64,000 bases of DNA, taken from NCBI GenBank assembly GCA_023213395.1, contig CM041465.1, positions 75,089,741-75,153,740 of the forward strand. Direction: 5' to 3'. Position numbers and translations under genes: made by a program. Positions 55,230 to 64,000 of the stretch are shown in pieces (position 1 is the first letter of the stretch; every line of letters begins with the position of its first letter). This stretch comes from Cycas panzhihuaensis (taxonomy: Eukaryota; Plantae; Cycadophyta). The notes beneath the pieces were generated by a model. The model did no database searches and had not been told where the DNA came from. It saw only the letters and a list, made by a program, of their open reading frames with translations.

Positions 55230-58200
55230 GGATTTGTAAAGGCTTGAATATAACCTCTGAAATCAAGTCAAAATCAATGTGACTCTTGTAACAAATGATA
55301 ACTATTTTGGATAGATTTCTCTTATGTTTTTTTAAGTATAAAATCTTAAGTAAGGGTTCAATTAGGTCATGCAACATTCATCCAAAGGTAGATCGACTTT
55401 ATTTCATTTGGCATTAGGTAATTGATGAGCATCCCTTTTCAATTTTGTATAGATTCATGGATGCGATAAATTTATACAGTAGCCTCTCTAGTGGATTGTG
55501 GATTATTCTAAGAGTCATTCTCCATTGACTATCATCAATCTGTATAGCGTAGGTAACACTCAGGTACTTATAGATTATCATGTGTTTCTACTCAATTCAT
55601 GGCATGGTGCAAAGGTAGTTTAGGAGTACATCTCCATTTTGAGTTTTATCCTTGTATGATTTTTTGGTATCATGTCTTTGGCAAATGTCTCCTTTGCATG
55701 ATGTGTAATAACTATGTGGCTATAGGCATGGTTGCAACTTCTCCTTTCTCCAATGTTAGTTGTAAACCTTCCATGGGACTTATGTATGACTTAATTTTTA
55801 CTCATTCATTCTATATTCTATAGTCTCCTCCATAGAAGTTGATGATGGATGGGCAATTCTTGCTCAACATAGCAATTCTATTTTCTATTTCTACTTTAGG
55901 TGAGATTGGTAGGGTTTCTCCTCTAGTTGGATATTTACTCAAACTGTGTAGGGTTTGTGTGGCACAAATTGGCATCTTTATGACCTATCACTAATAAATG
56001 GCTAGGTAACTATGTAGCAGGGTATTTGGCTCTACCAACATCTACTTTGTAGGTTCTTAAACATGCTTATCAATAGGTTTAAAATCTTAATAAATAAGAT
56101 CTTCATCTCACCATAGTGGCTTGGATTCAACCCTACTTTGATACCATGTTAAAATATGCAGTTACTGAGATTAGCTCTTATACCATATTAAAAAATAGGA
56201 TTCAAAGATTACCTTTAAAATCACAATGAAAATATGAATGTAAAATGTGTTACAGGTATGGGGGATTAAAGATAAAATAATAAATGAAATAAATAAAAGA
56301 TGAAGTATATACAATACAAAATACAACAAATATGTGAGCAAATAATCACCTTCTAATTATTGCATTAGGTATGAATACATACTTCTCGTACATGTGACCT
56401 CATACTTGACCAAGTAGATGTAAAAACCATTAAGTCTACCAATGAGACATTTACATGAATAGGTGTGTATCACATGTATATATCTTAATAACTTAATATA
56501 AAATACCTATAAGAGAGTTAAGAAAAAATAAGGGGGATACACATAAACCCATATTAAACATTATATTTTAGTACCCCGCCATAATGTTTAATGTTACATA
56601 TGTGAAAATCTACTCAAACAAATAAAAATTATCTTCATATTGTATTGGCTATATCTACAAGTTGCAAACTAAATCTGATGAAGTTTGTATGAATAAAGGT
56701 CCATCTGCTAGAATGCATTGGTAAATAGTTATTACAACTACCATTTGAATAGGAACCTCCTTTAAATATATGGTTTAATCAACATCAGATAACTTCATTT
56801 CGAGACCAAGTCTTCCAACCAAATGAGTTGAGTACCACAGTGGTTTCATTCTCATTTGAAGCAACCAATTTATGGGTCCTTTAAGGGTTCATTCTTATTT
56901 AAAGCAACCAATTTATGGTTCTTTCAAGGATAAGAGTAGGATACACCTTAAAGACTGTGTGGTTCTTCAAGGATACAAATGAATATCGCTCATAGTTTAA
57001 GCTTTTCAAATTTACTAACAACCAAATATGTTTTTATGAAGCATCTTCTACTAAATGTTAATAATACAACTACTAGCAAGAAAATACCATATGTGATTTT
57101 GCAAGAAATAACTCTCATAAGTGTAATAAAAAGGGTTATTAAGAGCATTCAAATTGTCATAAATAAGTAATTTTTACTTAATTTTAAAACAAACATACTT
57201 TTTCTTACTTCCAAATGCAGAGATAACATTACCATATTATCAAAAATGCTAACAAATTATAGGATATCAAAAACCATATCTAAAAAATATTATGATATGT
57301 ACTTTTTTATGAAGTTTTAAGAATTTTCATGAGCATTACTGATTAAAATAACAAATCAATAATTTCTAAACTGTGCCTTGTAACCATCCATTTCAATAAT
57401 CTTGAAATAACAAATCCAATACAACTAATAGCACTGAATTCTAACATTTGAGTGGTGAGTTATAAAAGAAAAAATACTAGTAGGTCACAAAAATCACATG
57501 ATCCTTAATAGATGGGTGGTGGAATTTAAAAGTATCAAATATCAAATGAGATTTTAAAAAGTAAAAAATATTCTAATTCATTTTACTCCATTTTGGAGCT
57601 TGTCCCCTTTTCCATTAGCCCCCTAAGTCATATGGACTATCCATATGACCATTAGTTGACTCCAAAAACCTAGACCTAAATCTTAAAATTTATCAAAAAT
57701 AATTTAATTTAAAAATTCAAATATAATTTTTTTATACTATAAAAAATTTATTCTCTATAAAATATTTTCTTTATTCAATAAACCCTCTTTCAAATGATTT
57801 CATGAGGGCCTTCCCTATGGCATGCACAGATTCATATAAAATTATAGTATCAAAATGCATATAGCCACTCTTAATAGCCATAAGTCACTATGTTTTTAAT
57901 CACATCATCGGGCATCAGTGTAGTAATTGTACCAAGGCTAATGAGAGGGGTACTAATTTCATTATTCAATATCATGAATAGAATCTTAGTTAGGTTGAAT
58001 GCATTCGAAAGAATGTTTACAAAAATCTCCAATGAGTAGCTCTAACTTTCATGCATTTGGCTCCTACAATGTAGATTAAATGAATCATCATCAATCATAA
58101 TTGAAATTGATCTGACTCCTATAATAAAGGGCAATAGCTTTAGCTAGAATCATCATAGTTCAGTTGGGTCATGCAACATTAAACCAAGGGCAACTCAACT

Positions 58201-59353
58201 CTATTTTCTTTGGTATTAGGAAATTAAGGAGTGGCCATTTTTAATTTTATGTAAATTCATGGTTGTGGGCAATTCATGTGGCAACCTCTCCAATGGACCA
58301 TGGATTGTTTTGAGAGTCATTCTCCATTAACTATCATTAATCTGCATAGCATGGGTAACACCAAGATGCTTTTAGAGCATCATACACTTCTACTCGATCT
58401 GTGGCATGGTGTAAAGACAATTTGGGAGTGCATGCTCATCTCCTCTCCTTTTAGTAGTTTATGGGCGAGGGTGTCTCTATTTTGATTTTTATCTCTATAT
58501 GATTCCATGGTAGAATTTCTTCAACATGCAATAGCTATGTGGTTGTAGGCATGGCTATAGCTTCTCCTTCTCTAATGGTAGTTGTAAACCTTCCATAGGA
58601 CCTATGTGTGACTCGATCTTTACTCATGTATTATATGATTTATAGTCTCCTCCATGGAAGCTGATGATAGCTAGGTAATTCTTGCTTGATATAGCAATTT
58701 CATTTCTTATTTATACTTAAGGTATGGCTAACAGGGTTTCTCCTTTAGATGGGAATTACTCAAACTATGTCAAATTTGTATGGTATAAAGTGGTATTTTT
58801 GTAACCTAGTACTGATAAATGACTAGATAACTATGTAGCATGGTATTTGACTATATGAATATCTACTTTATAAGTTCCTAAACAAGCTTATCAACATGCT
58901 CAAAATCTTAATAGATAGGATTTTCACCTCCTCTTAGTGGCTTGGATTTAACCCCACATTGATACCATGTTAAAATATGAGAATCAAAGATCACCTTTAA
59001 AAGTATAATAAAAATATGAATGTAAAATATATTATAAGTATAATAGATTAAAGATAAAACAATAAATGGAGTAAACAAAATATGAAGTATATACAATATA
59101 AAATACAACAAAGATGTGGGAAAATGATCACCTTTCAATTATTGCATTATGTATGAATGCATACTTATAATACATGTGATCTCATACTTAACTAATCAGA
59201 TGTAAGAACCTTTAAGTCCACCAATGGGACATTTACATGAATAGGTATGTATTGCATGCACATATTAATAACTCAATACAAAATACCCATGAGAGAGTTA
59301 ATAAAAGATAAGAGGGATATACATAAACCCATATTAAATATTATATTTTAAGA
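55230..59353 (-). mobile_element. Tandem non-autonomous Copia-like element (LTR-internal-LTR-partial internal)
   Basis: LTRs 58968-59353 and 56147-56573, each followed on the minus strand by a PBS (rc TGGTATCAA at 58959-58967 and 56138-56146) and ~900 bp of homologous sequence (58060-58958 vs 55230-56137). PPT-like CCCCGCC at 56574. Confidence 0.8.
56842..56930. repeat. Two-copy ~43-bp tandem duplication
   Basis: TTCATTCTYATTTRAAGCAACCAATTTATGG occurs twice. Confidence 0.9.
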
Positions 59354-60354
59354 TAAATTAATATAAATGCATGGTTAATAATAGGTTATTATAAATATTT
59401 AATTAAAAATGGTAAAAGAAATATATTTAAAACTTCTTTATGATATTTCATGGCTTAAATTTAAGTTATGAAGTATATTTGAGGAACCTATAATGATGGA
59501 TAAGGAAAATATATGATTGATATATTGATATTGATCCCCCTAATGTATAAATACATTTCATATAGTAAAGTGTGCTCCACTAATTAAATAAAATTGGATA
59601 TGGAATGATGATAAAATCATTTGATTTGATTATATGATTTGGTATATGAATGATTGAATGAAAACATATTTAGAACTACTTATTATTTAGGTGAAAGTTA
59701 ACATTTAGTTGTTGTTTGAGAGTTCTTGATGTCAATAATATTTGCCTATCTAACATAAGACAAGGAATGCCCTTATTTCCTTATGGTTTTTCCCAAACAT
59801 CTTTCTTTCCAATTTCTTCCCATCCTTTCTCATCCCTCTAATAGTCCCTTGATTAAACTCTTATGGGTTTAACTACATTAATGGCATTCATTATCCATAT
59901 AAATAGGGGAATCTAGGAAAACCCTAGGCCTTTCATTGTTGTTTGGGTCATTTGACTTCCTTCTAGTCGAGTTGTTAGGAGTGCTAGGCTTTTCCTCCCC
60001 TTTGCTACAAATAACCTAGTTGAGTATGTTGATGCTATTAGGGCCCTCTAAGATGTAATCTATTCTTAACTCTCTAATATTCTTCTTTGCATAGATTTTC
60101 TCTTGATTATCCACTAATTGACTGCCATCTAATAAAAGCTTAGCCCCTATTTTTATATGCTTATCAACTTAAATAATTTTTTCTTAGTGTAATTTACCCA
60201 CATATAAATTCACCATATCCTTATAGCCTAAAATAATGAGATTAATAGTCTTATTTACCATATCCTTGCTTAATACCTATAAATAGTATTTATTAACAAC
60301 TTTTAATATTTTACAATGCTCCTATCACTGAGATTTATTTGTCAAGGAGGTAAA

Positions 60355-61284
60355 TATTGTCCCAAACTTTTGGGCCCCTTGGTATTTAGGTATCATTTTC
60401 TCATCACTTTTACTTTGTTATAAATGGTTTATTTGATGTGATATTCTTTTATACTATGAGTAGTTGATTTTTAGAGCATCAATGATTGGAAAACATAGCT
60501 CTATCATGCAAGGATCAAAGGTTTATACTCTTCGTACTACTAACCACCCCTCTTTTAATGTGATTTGCTTTCTTATTGGAAAATTTTCATTAATTTGTCT
60601 ACATGTTTCTACTCGAGAAATTACATTTTATATTTTTGAGAATTTTATGGGATTATCTCACCATGTACACTAACTATATTAAGAATTTTAGGAGGATTAC
60701 AACATTACATTATGAATTGTGATAGTGCTACCAAAATTCTTGATGGGATCTAACATTATAGTACAAATTATGGTATTACTACTAAGAATTAGTAATGTTA
60801 GAATTCTTAGTAGTATTGCCAAAATTTTTGATATGACTAATGTAATTATAGTGAAATCCTACCTATTCTAGTAGTATCAATTGTGCCACTCTAAAATTAG
60901 AAAAAAATAAGATTTTTATTATTTTAATTTTAGTTTTAGCCTTTATACTAGATCAAAGACATCTAAAGATACTATGGTCTAAAAATATAATGGTTTCTTA
61001 TTAAAACCATATTCTATAGTACCTTTTTTAATCCTAAAAGCTCATTTAGTGTGGGATCTTTTATCACTCCATTAATCTTTTGAGCATTATTGACTTTCAG
61101 ATTTTATTCATTATCACTTTAAATTTTGGTCATTGATGATTTTTATTTTGTAAGAGTGTTTAGTATATTTGGACATTTTCTTAGTTGTGAAAAAATTTTA
61201 TTGGCTCTCTCTTAGTTATTAAATTTATTAGGTCACTTAGAGTGCTTAAGATCAATACCTTATTATTTCTCATCACTTAGGGAT
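60355..61284 (+). repeat. First part of the 3' LTR of the level-1 Gypsy
   Basis: Homologous to 5624-6546 and preceded by a PPT. Confidence 0.8.
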
Positions 61285-64000
61285 TGTTAAAATGTGCACA
61301 CTCAAAATATAACAAAAATAAAATGAACCACACTGAACCTCATATATTTCTATTGATGTATTTACAAATAAGTGTGTACACATAACTTTTATATTAATTC
61401 ATTACATAAGATAGGAATACAAAGGGTTGATCATGCAAGGTGATACATGGCACCTTGTATGATCACCTTATAAAGGCGTTATAAAAAATGTATGAATAAA
61501 TGACCCTACACATTTAGAGTTCATAATATTAAGTAATAACTAACCCCTAAACTATGGAAAAAGGACTTTTAGCACAGATTAACATAATATAATCGATTAA
61601 ACATTAAGCATCTAACCTAAAATTAAATATTATCTTCCAACATCCCCCCATAATATTTAATTTTTATAATAAAAAAATGTATCAAATAAAATTATGTTAC
61701 TGCCTATATAAAGATATCACCATCCATTGGATCACATGGGTGATCAACTGTTATGTCTATTATTTTCCTAGGTAATGCCTTTACATATATGGTTCATCAA
61801 CACAAAGTAGATCTTTGTCTAACACGTATTTTATGAGCTAATCAAACTACCTAGCTACATAGATACCATAGATGTAGACATTCTATCATATATGAATGTT
61901 ATCTATACTACTACATACTAAGAAAAATGCAAGTGATTGTGCACTTATTGAGTAGAACTCCAATTATAAATATCAACATATCTTTAAGAGAAGGAAGTGG
62001 AATTCATGCCATATTTCATAAAAAGAAAAAAACATCATTATTAATGATGATAAGGAGAGTAAATTAGTTATGCTTCTAAACTTAATAAACATCATGATAA
62101 AAGGTAATAAAGAGGGTAAATTTGTTATGCCTCCAAACCTAAAAATATTATATTTACATCTATCACATACTAAAATAAAATGTAGTATAGGAAATACATT
62201 TATAAAATTATAAATCAGTCAAACATGGTTGTTGTAATAGTAGCAATAACTATAGTTTGTTACATAAATAATGGAGGATATGTAAGGTCTTGATGTAGCT
62301 AAATACATACACATTTAAAATGCTCCCATAAAAACTACTCCTTAATAAGTAGCCATCGATGCCACTAGAGTGATGTGAATGGTGATTGTTTAACCTATAA
62401 ATAGATATAAGAATTGAAATGCTATTGAATTGATTGATTATGGGCTTTGCATTTCTCGTAACACATCTAAATTAGAAATTCAAGATATGGAGAGCTTTCC
62501 AAATACTCAACAATTACTATACAAATAACAAAATTAGATTGCAACATCCATAGTTATAACATCCTTTAGATGGACATATAGAATACATTTCCTATGTTAA
62601 AGATACCCACTAATGCAAGGTATTTTAAAGGAAGCTAAAAAATAGGTTCAATCCATACCAAGGAGTTGGATATATCACATTGATGATAGGGAAGGCATAT
62701 AATAGACTTAGGTTGGTACACCTCAAATAATAAAATCTACCTACAACATAGTTATTACCACAATTTACCATTTTTTGAATCTAGTTGTTATTTAGGCTCA
62801 TTAACCAAATCACTATATTTAGATATAGGAATGCGATATCCATGTTTTTGTTGTTACTAGTTAACTACTACATCTAGTCACTACTTAGGAGAGCACTACT
62901 TTCCATGGATAAGTTCTAGCTTAGACAAAATAGTATAAATGCTCTACTTATAGTGAAAGAAAACACACTAGAGCATATAACCCAAATGAATTACAATGAC
63001 ATGGTGCAGGTCTTGAGGACTACCTTTAAAATATAAATTATCAGTCATGGAACATAACATCCCAACTTAATAAAGTCAAGAAAATTTAGACACTATAGGT
63101 AATACTCAAAAGTGGTATGTCTTCAAATATCCCATCTTGAAAGACCAAAAAGGATATAAAATAATAAAATCCCAAGATTCAGTCTAGCCTTAGAATTCAA
63201 GTATGTAATTTTTAACTAGTTATATGGTATAATAAACAACAGAAACATTGTGATAGGTATAAGTAGATGTGAAATTAATTCACAGTGTTTTCATACTCAA
63301 CACAGCTTCAAAAATTGATTGTTACAAGGCTTTAAAACTGGCATATAATATGACCTTTCTCAATGGTGATCATCATAAGAAGAATAGATCCACTGCCACT
63401 TGGACAATCATATGGACCAAAATGATTACAATTATAATGGTCATTACTTGAGCCCTTGTAGCTTCCTCCATCCCAAGGGCATCCTCCATATCTCCTCCTA
63501 GGCATATGTGCAATGGGCTTCCATACATTGAACTCCAAAATATGCTACTCTACATCAATAATGGTTTCTCTAGTATAATCCCCTTTATAGGAACTACCCG
63601 CAACAAAGGCCTTATCACCAATCACACAACAAGTAAACTTATTCTAAGGAGGAGCATTAGTGCTCTTCTAATTAGGGATTTGGTCCTTGCATCATACACA
63701 ATGTGATTGCCCCTAAAATAAAGATCTAATACTTCAGAATGGCCAATTGGGCATACAATAGCGAATTATCCACATTGTGATAGTCTAAAACCTATTTATT
63801 TCCTTAGAAGCAAAAATGTAATTAGGAAACTCATGTTTGGATGACACCACTTTGAAATAACCTCCACTAATAGAGGTCCCATCCCCAAAGAGGAGGAACA
63901 TGTTGATTCATTATTTAGGATCTTGACTTAAATGTTATTAGGGATAATTGCCATTGGCTTTCTGAGCAATTCTAGCTCGTTAGACTGCAATGCAGGTTGT
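61285..64000 (-). mobile_element. 3' part of an LTR element (LTR 61285-61642) carrying host gene fragments; runs off the window
   Basis: TGTT...AACA termini; PPT TCCCCCCATAATATTTAA at 61643, similar to the 56574 region; no pol seen in the 2.3 kb next to the PPT. Confidence 0.75.
63470..63760 (-). pseudogene. Kelch-repeat (F-box/kelch-like) gene fragment
   Basis: With two frameshifts the minus strand reads IFILG..HIVYDARTKSLIRRALML..R.KFTCCVIGDKAFVAGSSY...DVE*HILEFNVWKPIAHMPRRRYG, which is about two kelch blades. Confidence 0.8.

Larger units (their letters stand above)
5624..61284 (+). mobile_element. Non-chromovirus Ty3/Gypsy (Athila/Tat-type), nest level 1; 3' LTR interrupted at 61285 and continuing beyond the window
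   Basis: 5' LTR starts TGTTTCC at 5624 and aligns over ~900 bp with 60355-61284. PBS-like TGGTGTATTGAG near 10129; PPT AAGGAGGTAAA at 60344-60354; gag-pol at ~48990-53900. Confidence 0.8.

Noticed and set aside
54330-59740. Solo LTR or further element surrounding the tandem element
   Set aside because: The flanks (54330-55230, 59354-59740) are AT-rich and I could not find convincing termini or a TSD.
2594-60673. The many 60-90-aa hydrophobic ORFs in the track
   Set aside because: They are low-complexity products of AT-rich LTR/UTR DNA or antisense to pol fragments, with no recognisable domains.

Overview
This is AT-rich, CpG/CHG-depleted plant nuclear DNA that looks like the repeat space of a large-genome plant such as a gymnosperm (inference; the species cannot be determined). 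There is no intact host gene. Almost the whole window resolves into one six-level nest of LTR retrotransposons, most bounded by readable LTR pairs, PBS, PPT and 5-bp TSDs. From outside in: a CRM-like Gypsy remnant (..5623), a non-chromovirus Gypsy (5624->61284), a gag-only LARD-like element with ~2.6-kb LTRs (10900-47844), a small non-autonomous LTR element carrying a CHLM fragment (18170-38397), a Tork/Tnt1-like Copia (18985-35713), and finally a gag-only Copia (22404-26178) and a second Copia (27578-35176). Side insertions are a gag-only chromovirus derivative (6685-9463), a Reina-like chromovirus (11227-17648), a tandem non-autonomous element (~55230-59353), an element carrying a kelch-repeat gene fragment (61285->64000) and a 5'-truncated LINE (1716-2040). 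The most interesting observations are: (1) related small pol-less LTR elements that each carry different host gene fragments ('Pack-LTR'-like); (2) repeated PBS duplication into the LTR U5 end, with the same base lost or changed in the inner copies; (3) an ungapped, fixed-spacing ~70-bp motif shared by four unrelated elements in both orientations. Coordinates were read by eye; TSD-defined ends should be close to exact and decayed coding boundaries are approximate.
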